DNA from: Eledone cirrhosa
Taxonomy: Eukaryota
Assembly (NCBI GenBank): GCA_964016885.1
Contig: OZ024761.1
Location: forward strand, 3,162,001-3,226,000
DNA length: 64,000 nt
Direction of reading: 5' to 3'
This document shows positions 31,055 through 43,590 of this stretch, piece after piece. Made by a program: the position numbers and the translations under genes. Under the pieces are notes generated by a model. The model saw only the letters and a program-made list of their open reading frames with translations. It did no database searches and was not told the DNA's origin. How positions within the stretch are numbered: position 1 is the stretch's first letter; each line of letters opens with the position of its first letter.

Positions 31055-31683
31055 TTTCATTCTTTTACCTGTTCCAGCCATCCGGCTGAGGCCATGCTGG
31101 GGCACCGCCCATGCTGCTTCACTTTCTATATCCAGCCTGCGTTGACTGGTCATTGGTGTAGGAAGGAGTTCGTTTCTACTACCCTTAGGCTACCTTCGTA
31201 CCGTGGTGTGGGTTCATCTGGGATCCTGGATAGCAAGGTGTCAAGATGTTTCTTGAAGAGATCCACCTCCACACCATGCAGATCTCTCAGATCCATCGGC
31301 AGCTTGTTGAAGAGTTGAGGGCCCTTGAATCCCAGGTTATTGCAATACCTGCTCCTTACTCTAGATGTGAATGACGGGACCTTTGGCACCACACAGTCTG
31401 ACCGACGGTTGGTTCAGCTCCCAATGCAAAGTTTGGTGCTAGTCCCTCCAGGATTTTCCATATGTAGATCACTGCGTATCTCTCCCATCTTCGTTCCAAG
31501 GAACAGAGGTTCAGTTCTTTTAGCCCCTCCCAGTAGCTTGTCTCCTTCATCGTCGCAATCCTCTTGGTGTAACTTCGTTGGATTGTCTCAATCTCCGTGG
31601 TTAGTTCGATACTATGGGGTGACCACAGCTGGGAGCAATAGTCCAGGCAGCTTAGGACAAATGTCCTCCATAGTGTCAGGCCC
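31052..31683 (-). mobile_element. CR1-group LINE 3' fragment
   Basis: LDYCSQLWSP, SLERRWERYAVIYIWKILEG, FKKHLDTLLSRIPDEP. Confidence 0.88.
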
Positions 31684-31964
31684 GACTCAGGAATCAAAAG
31701 CTCATCAGACTTCTGTTAATTAATGACGGAATGATTCTCTTACAACGTTAAAAAATACATATTTGTTCTCATTCATTTAGGGCGGTCAATTTTACTATGA
31801 TTTGATTGGCTAATTTGGGGGAGAAAAAAAACTAAGTGGGGATGTGGGGAAGGAGAGGAGAGAAGTACACAGAAAGATGGTGGGGTACATCTTGTGGTGG
31901 GGATGAGGTGGGGATGGAGACGATTTAACAGTGAACAGATTGACGCTTGTGTGGGGCGGGGACT

Positions 31965-32137
31965 ACTGTAAATGTGGTTGGTGTTAGGAAGGGCGTCTAT
32001 CTGTAGAAAACCTGCCAGATATAGTTGTATACGAACGAGACACGGTCACCAGACCAATCTTGCCTCAAGTGGGACAAACCCCTCTAACCCATGCTAGCGT
32101 GGAAGATGGAGGTTAAATAATGATGACGATGACGATG
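31965..32137 (+). mobile_element. 3' part of another octopod SINE family (GAT tail)
   Basis: ttggtgttaggaagggc...gtagaaaacctgcc...acccatgctagcgtggaa...gttaaataatgatgacgatg. Confidence 0.55.
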
Positions 32138-32289
32138 CAGCAGCAGGGAAAGGTGACAGGGGCGGATGGGTAGGACAAAGAAAGTTCAGAATATGAGAGG
32201 ACGAAGAAGAGAAAAAAATAATAATCGTTTCTACTTTTGGCACAAGGCCATCAATTATCCCAGTGTATTACTGGTACTTTATCGACCTA

Positions 32290-35200
32290 CTCTTCGGCTA
32301 TTTCTCTCTCTCCCTTCCACAGAGAAATGGACTGCATACAGGGAAAAGGTGAAATTAAAAGTCAGCTAAACTGGTCAAAGATAGAACTAGCGGTTTTGAT
32401 CAAGGGGTGGGGCCTGGCTGATGGTTCACCACCAAGCAAAAAGATTGCGGAGACATTGAAGAACCATGGCTTTCTGAGGAGTCTGGCGCAAGGAGGAGAA
32501 AAACGAAGAGAATGGAGAAGAAAAAGAAAAGGAAGAAAGCACACGCATGGACCTGAAAGAAAATGAGATACTCGCCACCACAGTCAGGGAGGGCAGGCCG
32601 AGCAGCCAACAAGCAAACGGTAATGGTGAGAAGCGAAATCACCTTCCGAAGGAGAACCAAGCGGAGAGGGACCGGTGGACAACTGTTCAAAGGAAGAACA
32701 GAAAGCGCCGAGACACTGGGAGCAAGAAAACCTAGGTAATGTGCAAGTTCTTCAGGAACGGGACCTGCTGGCATCGAGAGACAGGGACAGGCTGCAGATT
32801 CGCTCACCCTAGGCCCCAAGCGAACTATGCCCATCCTATTCGCACAACATGCCCCAGCCAAAACAAGCTGCCCCAGAAGTATGCTGATGTCGCGCGTGTC
32901 GCTCCAACAAGAAGAAGGCGCGCATATGCCGAAGAGATACAGATGGCAGCAGCAGAGCAAAACAATATTTTAGTGATGGCAGAGAAGATTGTGGGACAGC
33001 TGACCTGGCTGCATCGTTTTCAGAGCCAGGGTCACTCACACCAGCACTCGAGACCACCACAATTAAGGGACTCAGAGTGGCCGCCGCTGACACCAGGCCA
33101 GGTGTCATACCGACAGCCATTGCTGGCACCCCGAAAGTCACACCAGTGCTGCTGCTGAATGTCAGAGGCCTGGTGAAACTCACTAACATGAGTAAAATTT
33201 CCTACCTTGGAGACTTAGCCATAAGCAATCAAGCATTATGCATGGCACTAACCGAAACGCACCTGACAAGCAGTATAGCAGATGCGAAAATACATATACC
33301 AAAATATACTGTATTTCGTTTGGACAGGAAGGAGATAACTCATGGTGGGGTTGCTCTGTATATTCGTGAAGATGTCACACCAATTGTACTGTTGACACAT
33401 TCAAACTCGGTCTGTGACACACTGATAGTACATATGAAGCAACTACAGACAGTAATATGTGTCACATATCGGCCGCCCGATGCCCCCAGTCATGAGGGTA
33501 AATTTGAGGATAGACTCAGTAGGATAGAAAAGGTCCTTGACAAACTGGACCAGGGTCTCAACATTCTACTGCTGGGAGATTTCAACCTGCCAAAGGTCAA
33601 ATGGCCTGAGGGCCACCTCCTCCCTGGAATGGCTTCAATAGAACAGAGACAGACGGAGTCCCTGCTGGCCCTCGCATATAGGCTGTTCATGGAACAAGCA
33701 GTACTCCTCCCAACAAGAGGCGAGAATTTTACAAACAACGAAGTGCTCATCCACAATGTAAAGGTGACACCAACAATTCTCTCGGATCATAACTTAGTAG
33801 AACTAATGATATGTGGTCAGAGAGAACCAACAAAGACACAACCATCAAGAAGCACCGGGACGTTATCCAGCCTTAACTGGAAAAAGATCAAGAGAGAAAT
33901 TCGGAAGCAAATATGGAGCGAAAACACCGCCACACAAGACACCAACACACAATTTCAACACTTCATGACAACGATACACACTATATGCAAAATGTTTGTC
34001 CCGGAGAAAAAGGCAAACAGACACAAAAATCTTATTCCCAGAGATAGGAAAATCCTTATGAGACATAGAACCAAGCCCTCAAACCAGTTGAATGCACAAC
34101 AAGAAAACAAGAAAGAATCCTATTTGAAACGTGCACTACTTGACACCGCGATTGCACTCAAACTTTCCCATGAGAATGAGAGGGCAAAGAAAGAAAGCAG
34201 AGCTATAGAAAATATTAAAACAAACCCTAAGGCCTTCTTTAAATTTGCAAAAGAAACTGCCTCGGTACACTGCAAGATTGGGCCACTCTTCCATACAGAC
34301 AGTTCATTAACCGAGAATCCCCAAGAGATAAGTGGAATACTGAACGAACAGTACAAAAGTGTCTTCACATGTCCACTGAGGCACATACAAATAACAAAGC
34401 CAGAGGAGTTCTTTGATGCCACAACACTACATGAAGAAATGGTGACCATCAACCACATAGACATAACGGAGGACGATGTGGTATACGCCATAGATGAAAT
34501 TAGAACAAACTCAGCTGCTGGACCTGATGGATTCCCAGCAGTTCTCTAAAAACATGTAAGCGGGCCTTAGCAACTCCACTGAAGACGCTCTTCAGAAACT
34601 CTTGGTTAGCGGTATACTACCCAGAGAGCTGAAAGAAGGCACAATATGCCCTATCCATAAAGGAGGTAGCAGAGCGGAGGCCAAAACTATAGGCCAGTCT
34701 CCCTGACGTCACATATCAGTAAGGTCATGGAGCGAGTCGTCAGAAAGAAACTGATCACTTTCCTCGAGGAAAATAACCACCTGACTAGCACGCAGCATGG
34801 CTTTCGCGCTGGAAGAAGCAGCCTTACACAGCTGCTACATCACTACGACTGGGTACTGAAACAACTGTTAGACAGCTCACATGTGGACGTGATATATCTT
34901 GACTTTGCGAAGGCCTTTGACAAGGTCGACCAGGGAATGATATGTCACAAATACACGGACTCGACATAGCTGGAAATGTAGGTGAGTGGCTGCACGACTT
35001 CTTAAAGGACAGAAGCCCGACAGTCGCAGCAAACGGGGGCCTCTCAAAGGAACATCAATAACAAGTGGGGTGCCCAAGGCACAGTCCTGGAACCACTACT
35101 GTTTTTGGTGGCTCTCTCAGACATGCCCTCTGTAGTACATACAACAACATCCTTCACTAGCTATGCTGATGACACTATGGTAGCACAAGCAATCAAAAAC

Positions 35201-35404
35201 CCGGCTGACGCTGCCCTTTTACAACAAGATCTTGATGCCATATACAAATGGGCGGAAGACAACAGCATGCAGTTTAATGCTGGCAAATTCCAAGCCCTAC
35301 AATAGAGACCTGCAAACACAAATACAGTACAATACAGTTACACCGGACCAGCAGGGACCGATATTCCTGTGCCGAAATCGGTACGAGACCTGGGTATAGA
35401 CATG
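32290..35404 (+). mobile_element. CR1-group LINE with ORF1 remnant (CCCH finger) and ORF2 APE + RT, 3'-truncated
   Basis: CKFFRNGTCWHRETGTGCRFAH; ALTETHL, GGVALYI, YRPP, LLGDFNLP, SDHNLV, QHGFR, YLDFAKAFDKV, SYADDT. Confidence 0.92.
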
Positions 35405-35580
35405 GCGGCGTGCCACAGCTTGAGGTCGGTGTGGAAGTCGGACCTTCGTGAAGACCTGAAGATCCGTCTCTTCGTTGCTGTAGTGGAGGCTGTGCTGCTA
35501 TACGGGTCTGAGACTTGGAAACTGACTCAGATGATGGATGGGTGCTACACGAGAATGCTGAGGATGGCTCTGAACATTAA
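35405..35580 (+). mobile_element. RTE LINE internal fragment fused to the CR1 copy
   Basis: LKIRLFVAVVEAVLLYGSETW...YTRMLRMALNI. Confidence 0.75.
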
Positions 35581-35812
35581 TCTATTATATACTATTACCT
35601 TGTAAAATTTGATTTGATTTGGTCCAGCCGTTTGAGAATACATAAGGAAAAGAGAGACAGACAGAGAGACAAAGGATTATATATATATATATAGTGGGAT
35701 GGCGTTATCTTATGACTAAAACAGCACGATATGCTGTGAACAGCGGCGCCGCCGATTGGCGCCCGACAGGCTGTTCAGTCAAGGTGATCAAGGTGATATA
35801 TATATATATATA

Positions 35813-36340
35813 CATTATGAAGAGAGAAGAAACATTTAGATATAATTAGTAATAAAATGTATCATACCTAAACTGCTCCTAGATTCCTCGACTACGTAGT
35901 TTCGTGGCATAAACAAAAACAATACATCATAAAGATATAGAGTCCTTGCGAGGTCTGCCGACTTATCAAGAGGATACCTCATTTTACTAGTCTCGAGAAC
36001 GCGTCTACACGACGTGAGAAATAATCCCAAAAGGCGGAGGGGGAGACAGTCACGCGATATAACGGTCGAGAAACAGAGCTAAGCCTCTTATAACCCCGAA
36101 GAAAATACCACGGAGGCGGAGGGGGTATTTATATCGAAGCCGTAGAAGAGGTGGTGAAGGGGACGAGAAGTATGAGTAATGGAAGCTTTCCAGCAGTCCC
36201 CACACTTCAAAGATTGCTCGACCAGAGGGAGTTATTAACAATATATTTAGAAACACACAGATACATGCGGACACACACATATACATGAATGCATCCGCAC
36301 CCAACCGTGAGTTAAGGGTGCCAACTTCACCGATGTTGCT

Positions 36341-36343
<3 letters not shown>
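35813..36343 (-). mobile_element. Family K module; U3-A8 HHR at 35885-35974
   Basis: The first ~245 bp are near-identical to 18746-18990, including the TTGATAA core. Confidence 0.78.
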
Positions 36344-36396
<53 letters not shown>

Positions 36397-36398
<2 letters not shown>

Positions 36399-36757
36399 CA
36401 TTTAGGAAAAAGTAGATATTTTAAGGTGGAAAAGTTCTTTTCCTTACGGCCGCCATTTCATAATTTCTAACCAATCGATTATCGATTATCGATTACCAAC
36501 TATCGATTTTGAGCTACGGAAGACACGAAACTAATTATCAGAAATCGTCTTTGGATAAGTTCCTATGAATTACAAAATAGTTTTATATCTGTCGTGATCC
36601 GAGTAGTCAAATCATACATCACGTCTTCCGTAGCTCAAAATCGATAGTTTGTAATCGATTGCTTATATCGATTTTGGCTTTGGTTTACGAACTATGAAAC
36701 GGCGGCCGTAAGGAAAATAACTTTTCAACCTTAAAATATGTAGTCTATATATACATA
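36397..36757. mobile_element. Fold-back module with degenerate HHR
   Basis: Arms at about 36419-36526 and 36624-36739; GAAA cggcggccg TA aggaaa. Confidence 0.6.
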
Positions 36758-37249
36758 CTTTCTGTATTTCTCTAAAGATGACTCTGCCCAACACTTCCGT
36801 CCAATGCCTCTTCCTTTACAATCTACCCAACAGATCAGACAATCTCGCCACCTCTCTTGTTAATACTTCTTTCAAGACTTATCTTCTACCAACTTGTATT
36901 GATTATTTCCATTTCCTAACGTTACTAACCACATTTATCTCTGCTGCTTTTGATCGTAACTTTTCCCGTCCCATATCGATATATCGATATTGTCTTGTTA
37001 TTTTTATTGTTGTTGTTGTTTTGCTTTTCTTCGTCCAATGTATGTTGTGTTATCTTCCCGAATAGTTGCCTGATAATAGTTATTAGTGGACTGTGGTGAA
37101 TAGTCTTGTCTTTAATGTATTCGAAACTATAATAATCCACAGAACACAGCTGATGAGCAGGAAATGTCCTTCTTTGAGTCTTCCGTGTTTTCAGCCAAGT
37201 GTTTTTTTAATATTTCCTAGTAACCACACAGCCCTATTTTTAAATCAAC

Positions 37250-37274
<25 letters not shown>

Positions 37275-37297
<23 letters not shown>

Positions 37298-37432
37298 ATT
37301 AAATAAATGGAAACTATATTTATAAAACCATATTTATTTCGTTATATATACTCCAAATACTTGTTGAGTGCTTTTATATCAGTTATAAATATTTAATCGT
37401 TGTTAACCCAACAATTTAAATATAACTTTCCA
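37275..37432. mobile_element. Miniature family F module (short arm plus inverted tail)
   Basis: gatattaaataaatggaaactatatttataaaacc followed by the ctccaaatacttgttgagtgc... tail. Confidence 0.65.
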
Positions 37433-37455
37433 TAAATATATATATATATATATAT

Positions 37456-38535
37456 AAACGGAAAAAATGAAACGAAATTTCATTTCTCACTCTTAGTACG
37501 GCTGTTACTTAAATATAAGTATGTATACGTACATACATATATGTATACAGACGTACAGTAGTATGTGTATATATATATATATACATACATACACACATAT
37601 ATATATGTACGTATGGATTCACCGAACATTTATTATAATGCTCGGTGTGTTTGTAAACAAACATCCCTAATTAAGCCGTACAGTGTCTAGCAACCATCGT
37701 TGCTCATTTGTTCAACACTGACAAAGGAACGCTGTACTAGTTTCAAGCTTATTAGCTATCGTCAGCAACGTATACCTTCCTGCCAGATGATTGAACGTCT
37801 GAAAGTATATACTTTCCTTATGCATATTACAGGTGAGCAGCATAATTTGCATATTGAGTGAGTTAATCGGCCGGGATCGCCGAAAACGATAAACGGAAAA
37901 AATGAAACGAAATTTCATTTCTCACTCTTAGTACGGCTGTTACATAAATATAAGTATGTATACGTACATACATATATTTATACAGACGTACAGTAGTATG
38001 TATATATATATATACATACATGCACACATATATATATGTACGTATGGATTCACCGAACATATATTATAATGCTCGGTGTGTCTTTAAACAAACATCCCGA
38101 ATTAAGCCGTACAGTGTCTAGCAACCATCGTTGCTCATTTGTTCAACACTGACAAAGGAACGCTGTTCTAGTTTCAAGCTTATTAGGTATCGTCAGCAAC
38201 GTATACCTTCCTGCCAGATGATTGAACGTCTGAAAGTATATACTTTCCTTATGCATATTAACGGCTGAGCAGCCTAATTTGCATATCGAGTGAGTTAATC
38301 GGCCGGGCTCGCCGAAAACGATAAACGGAAAAAATGAAACGAAATTTCATTTCTCACTATTAGTACGGCTGTTACTTAAATATAAGTATGTATACGTACA
38401 TACATATATGTATGCAGACGTACAGTAGTATGTATATATATATATATACATACATGCACACATATATATATGTACGTATGGATTCACCGAACATTTATTA
38501 TAATGCTCGGTGTGTTTGTAAACAAACATCCCGAA
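37456..38535 (-). repeat. Head-to-tail tandem (about 2.5 x 433 bp) of non-coding HHR unit E, retrozyme-like
   Basis: Units start at 37456, 37891 and 38323; HHRs at 37729-37771 (intact) and 38160-38202 (mutated). Confidence 0.85.
37729..37771 (-). ncRNA. Type I minimal hammerhead ribozyme
   Basis: acgttg CTGACGA tagct-aata-agctt GAAA ctag TA cagcgt. Confidence 0.8.
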
Positions 38536-38541
38536 TACGTA

Positions 38542-38642
<101 letters not shown>

Positions 38643-38721
38643 ATGTTTGTGTGTATATATATATATGTGTGTGTGTATATATATGTGTATATATATATGT
38701 GTATATATATGTGTGTATATA

Positions 38722-38758
<37 letters not shown>

Positions 38759-38988
38759 GAGTATATATATATATATATGAGTATATATATATGTGTGTAT
38801 ATGTAAATATGTGTGTATTTATTTATATATATGTGTGTATATATATGTGTATATATATGTGTATATATATGTGTATATATATGTATATACTGTATATGTG
38901 TATATATATATATGTATATATACGTGTATATATATATGTATATATATGTATATGTATGTATATATGTGTATATATTTATATATGTATG

Positions 38989-39023
<35 letters not shown>

Positions 39024-39091
39024 GTATATATATATATATATATATACACACACATATGCATGTATATATATATATGTATATATATATATAT

Positions 39092-39886
39092 GTAAAAGAA
39101 TCCAAAGAACGCTTACATATTCAAACAGTTTTTATTTGCTTACAATGTTTCATCCATACCGTTGGGTAGGAATCATCAGAGCTACATGATTCAAGTACCT
39201 ACCAGTATACCTTGTATATGTATACCATGGAGGGGATTTTAGTTAGTGTGGTCTTTCTGGATGTACCTTAAGAACATATTAGTGCTTATATAACTATAAG
39301 TTACTGAGATCCTATTCACTTATATAGGGACCAGCGCTTAAATTCTTCTGGCTTTTTTATATGCTTAAAACTCTTTCTTTTTTTCTTTTTCTTTTTTCTT
39401 CTTTCTTTTTTCACTTATTTCCTTTTAAAATGTTTTACCTTTTAAAATCGTCTACCTTTTTATTCACTTTTTATCTCTTTATATTATCTTCCTTTTACGT
39501 TTTTATTATGTGTGTATATTATTGTTTGTATTATTAGTTTGTGTGTGCCATCAATTGTATCTGAATCTTGTGGGATCTGCTTCTGCCCTAGCATTTAGCT
39601 GTGGTGCTTAACAACCCCAGCATGTACTCTCTGCTTATTCGCCATCTATGATCGCTCTATCTTTACCCTCTATTGTATTCCGATTGTTCGTATGACTAAG
39701 CTTGGTAGAGCTTATACTCAGCACTGTGTTTATTAAGCTCTGATTAATCTTACCCAATGGTATGGATGAAACATTGTAAGCAAATAAAAACTGTTTGAGT
39801 ATGTAAGCGTTCTTTGGTTTCTTTTACATATAACGGCTCTGTTTTCGTACATTGAGCTAATACAATACCGTCAAAATATACCCCGG
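39092..39886. mobile_element. Fold-back PLE-end module; HHR at 39138-39183 (-)
   Basis: Arms at 39092-39183 and about 39736-39828, tail on the right only; gct CTGATGA ttcctacc-caac-ggtatggat GAAA cattg TA agc. Confidence 0.75.
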
Positions 39887-40233
39887 TGCGTGTGTGTTTA
39901 TACACATGCACTCCGTGCTATACGTACGTAAATTAAAAAATATATATATATATATGTATATATATGTTTATATATATGTATATATATATATGTTTATATA
40001 TATGTATATATATATATGTGTATATATATGTATATATATACATGTGGATATATATGTATATATATGTGTGCCTGTATGTACGTATGTATACATAGAAATT
40101 CAATATTAGATTCCTCCCGTTGTTCAGCAAGTTTGATAAATTTATTTCCCTTCCTGTGAGTTGATAGAGATGTCATATGAAATTAATGCCTTCAGGGAAA
40201 AAAACCCAACAACTTACTCGGTGTGTGTATGTA

Positions 40234-40292
<59 letters not shown>

Positions 40293-40295
<3 letters not shown>

Positions 40296-40560
40296 TATGT
40301 ATACGTACATACATATATGTATACAGACGTACTATAGTATGTATATACATACATACATGCACACATATATATATGTACGTATGGGTTTACCGAACATTAT
40401 AATAAATGTTCTGTAAACCCATACGTGCATATATATGTGTGCATGTATATATGTATATACATACTACTGTACGTCTGTATACATATATGTGTGTACGTAT
40501 AAATACTTATATTTAAGTATCTGCCGTACTAAGAGTGAGAAATGAAATTTAATTTTTTCC

Positions 40561-40565
<5 letters not shown>
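40293..40565. mobile_element. Fold-back of the family E end
   Basis: Inverted repeat centred near 40402 with the tail ...gccgtactaagagtgagaaatgaaatt on the right. Confidence 0.75.
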
Positions 40566-40612
<47 letters not shown>

Positions 40613-40704
40613 TACGTTAACTATTTTTCCTATCTTGACGACATAGTCGCATATATGTTATGGAATACTGTTAGCTTCTCGCTAAAACAATTTCTATACC
40701 TTTC

Positions 40705-40763
<59 letters not shown>

Positions 40764-40767
<4 letters not shown>

Positions 40768-40970
40768 AACCAGTAAGACCCCGACAGCTGAGCTCAAGCC
40801 GTTTCGACGGCTAATTCTGGACTAAATGCATTTAGTCCAGAATTAGCCGTCGAAACGGCTTGAGCTCAGCTGTCGGGGTCTTACTGGTTCCTATTACCCA
40901 CTCTACTACCTCAAGTATTGAGTACTTTGGTGCGTTATGGTCCACCTGGTTCCTTACCACATTTCCTTCG

Positions 40971-40972
<2 letters not shown>
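40764..40972. mobile_element. Fold-back module, family Z (perfect ~130 bp palindrome plus tail)
   Basis: Centre aaatgcattt near 40829; contains the HHR 3' half GAAA cggcttgagctcagctg TC ggggtc. Confidence 0.8.
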
Positions 40973-41016
<44 letters not shown>

Positions 41017-41131
41017 AAAAGAAATTGAAAATACAACTGGAGTCTTTTAACGCTATTTATTTACTTTACCGGTTTAAATATATAGTGTGTGTGTGTGTAC
41101 ATATATACTGATGTATATATATGTATATACT

Positions 41132-41175
<44 letters not shown>

Positions 41176-41178
<3 letters not shown>

Positions 41179-42135
41179 GTAGAACACTGGAAGGTAATAT
41201 CCGTAGTGGTAGAGCACTCAGTCCATGGGACAAGTTAGGTAGAAGTGGTTACACAACAGTTAGTTCACCATACCGAGAACAATTGTTTCACCTTAGCGGA
41301 TCCTCAGCTCGTAATGGACATGGTTATATGGAACAGGGAGGACAACCGTACGAACGCGCATGCGCAGAACGATCACTTCACACAGGCAATACTAAAATGC
41401 GTGCGAGAGGTGTAAGAGAGTTAACTGCGAAAGTCCGAAAGTTTCTAGTTGATAAGAAAATTAGGATGTTGTAATTCAATCCGGAGCTTTGTAGTTACGT
41501 AAGAGGTGTTCCGAGACGTGTGGACAACGTGTGAAGAATTCATTTCTCGTGTTTAGGCAATCGCTATTGCATAATCTCTTCAGAATATTTATTCGTCCAT
41601 CAATACATAGTCCACACGACGGATTTCGCCTTGCGTATGGCTTGGACGTAGTGATGGCTTTCTATTGAATGGAGTAATCTATACTTGAGTCCTTGAGGGA
41701 CCATACGTGGTTTGCGAGTTTCGTGGATGAACGTCTGTCCGTGTACCTAAAGATTTAGCTTCTACCTTCAATGAGTTAGGACTTAGGATAACAGTAGCTA
41801 CCAACCTCTCTAGCGTAGATTTCTTAGACATTAATTTAGACCTTCGCTCACACACCTACAAACCCTTCCATAAGCTAAACGAAAAGCTCAATTACATTCA
41901 CAAGGACTCAATACACCCTCCCACTATTTTTAGAAACTTCGTAAATAATATCAGTACTAGAATCTCAAATCTCTCCTGTAATAAGGGTATCTTTGATAGG
42001 GCGGCACCCTACTATAACACGGTGTTAGCTAACGGTTGTCCTTCCTGTTCCGTATAACCATGTCCATTACGAGCTGAGAATCCGCTAAGGTGAAACAATT
42101 GTTCTCGGTATGGTGAACTAACTGTTGTGTAACCA

Positions 42136-42138
<3 letters not shown>
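41176..42138. mobile_element. Fold-back Naiad-type PLE with internal ORF scraps and HHR at 41274-41311 (-)
   Basis: Minus strand: KPYARRNPSCGLC...FFTRCPH (EN C-terminus). Plus strand: VDFLDINLDL...KPFHKLNEKLNYIHKDSIHPP. cgag CTGAGGA tccgctaaggt GAAA caattg TT ctcg. Confidence 0.8.
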
Positions 42139-42184
<46 letters not shown>

Positions 42185-42190
<6 letters not shown>

Positions 42191-42612
42191 ATATATAAGA
42201 TCAAAAGATGGTTAAAAGAGTTCCATGTATTTTATTATGCGCATTTCAAAAACAAATATCATCATGCAATAATATTTGTGTTTTCATCAGATAAAATAGG
42301 AAGACATGATATGAAGGTTAAAAAACACTTGTGAATAGTGCAGTTTTAAATCAACATATCAATATATGTTGATTTAAAACTGCACTATTCACAAGTGTTT
42401 TTTAACCTTCATATCATGTCTTCCTATTTTATCTGATGAAAACACAAATATTATTGCATGATGATATTTGTTTTTGAAATGCGCATAATAAAATACATGG
42501 AACTCTTTTAACCATCTTTTGATCTTATATATTATGTATACTCCGGTCCTACAAACTGTAGAGTGCTTCTTATCCGATATTGCTTTATTGTACTACAATA
42601 AAACTCACCTCC

Positions 42613-42616
<4 letters not shown>
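42185..42616. mobile_element. Fold-back module, family H, two intact HHRs (42228-42298 -, 42425-42495 +)
   Basis: Near-perfect inverted repeat centred near 42361; tattttat CTGATGA...GAAA tgcgca TA ataaaata. Confidence 0.87.
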
Positions 42617-42661
<45 letters not shown>

Positions 42662-42841
42662 TTCGTTTTTGTATTTTTTTTGCAATATCTTGTCTTATCC
42701 GTTATTTATACGTTTATTTACTTGTCACTAGTTTCTCGTTATAACCAGGCTTGTTGTAAATGTGGGTAAACGCCGCCAGGAATCAAACTCACCACCTTAC
42801 GATTGGGAGTCAAATACCCTAACCACAAAGCCACGCACCTT

Positions 42842-42899
<58 letters not shown>

Positions 42900-42903
<4 letters not shown>

Positions 42904-43090
42904 CCCCGACGGCAGAGCTCAAGCCGTTTCGACGGCTATTTCTGGACGCAGAGTCCAGGAATAGCCGTCGAAACGGCCGGAGCTCTGCCGTCGGGGTCAT
43001 ACAGTTTCCTATTACCTACTCTACTACCCTAAGTATTGAGTACTCTGGTGCGTTATGGTCCATCTGGTATCTTACCACAACTCCTTCGTT
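42900..43090. mobile_element. Fold-back module, family Z
   Basis: Homologous to 40764; centre near 42950. Confidence 0.78.
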
Positions 43091-43102
43091 ATATATATAT
43101 AT

Positions 43103-43264
43103 ATGTCCCAAGGCTCTGATACCATCAACACCATAGACACAAAGCTGGCATATCTAAGAACTGACTAACTGCCTGATGAGGTCATAGCCATTCAATGGCT
43201 ATCATCGAAATATATATAGCAGTAAATAAAGGATTATGAGTTCATACAATTGACTTATGTTTCG

Positions 43265-43270
<6 letters not shown>
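43103..43270 (+). mobile_element. Solo 3' end of the 20460 Naiad family with intact HHR (43168-43223)
   Basis: Near-identical to 23491-23657. Confidence 0.85.
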
Positions 43271-43300
<30 letters not shown>

Positions 43301-43303
<3 letters not shown>

Positions 43304-43536
43304 AAGGTGTGGTAAGATACCAGGTGGACCATAACGTACCACAGTACTCAATACTTAGAGTAGTAGAGTCGGTTAGAGTCAGGACTCCGACGGTTGAGCT
43401 CCGGCCGTTTTAACAGCTAGACCCGAACTAAGCCACCAGTATTGGGACGGCGTTCTAATACTGGTGGCTTAGTTTAGATCTAGCTGTCGAAACGGTCGGA
43501 GCTCAGCCGTCTGGGTCCTTACTCTTTTCCTACCCT

Positions 43537-43537
<1 letters not shown>
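43301..43537. mobile_element. Fold-back module, family Z, opposite orientation
   Basis: Tail on the left, centre near 43449. Confidence 0.75.

Positions 43538-43590
<53 letters not shown>

Noticed and set aside
37060-37170. ctgataa/ctgatgag hammerhead-like words; also at 24605 and 45071
   Set aside because: Stems I-III could not be built around them.
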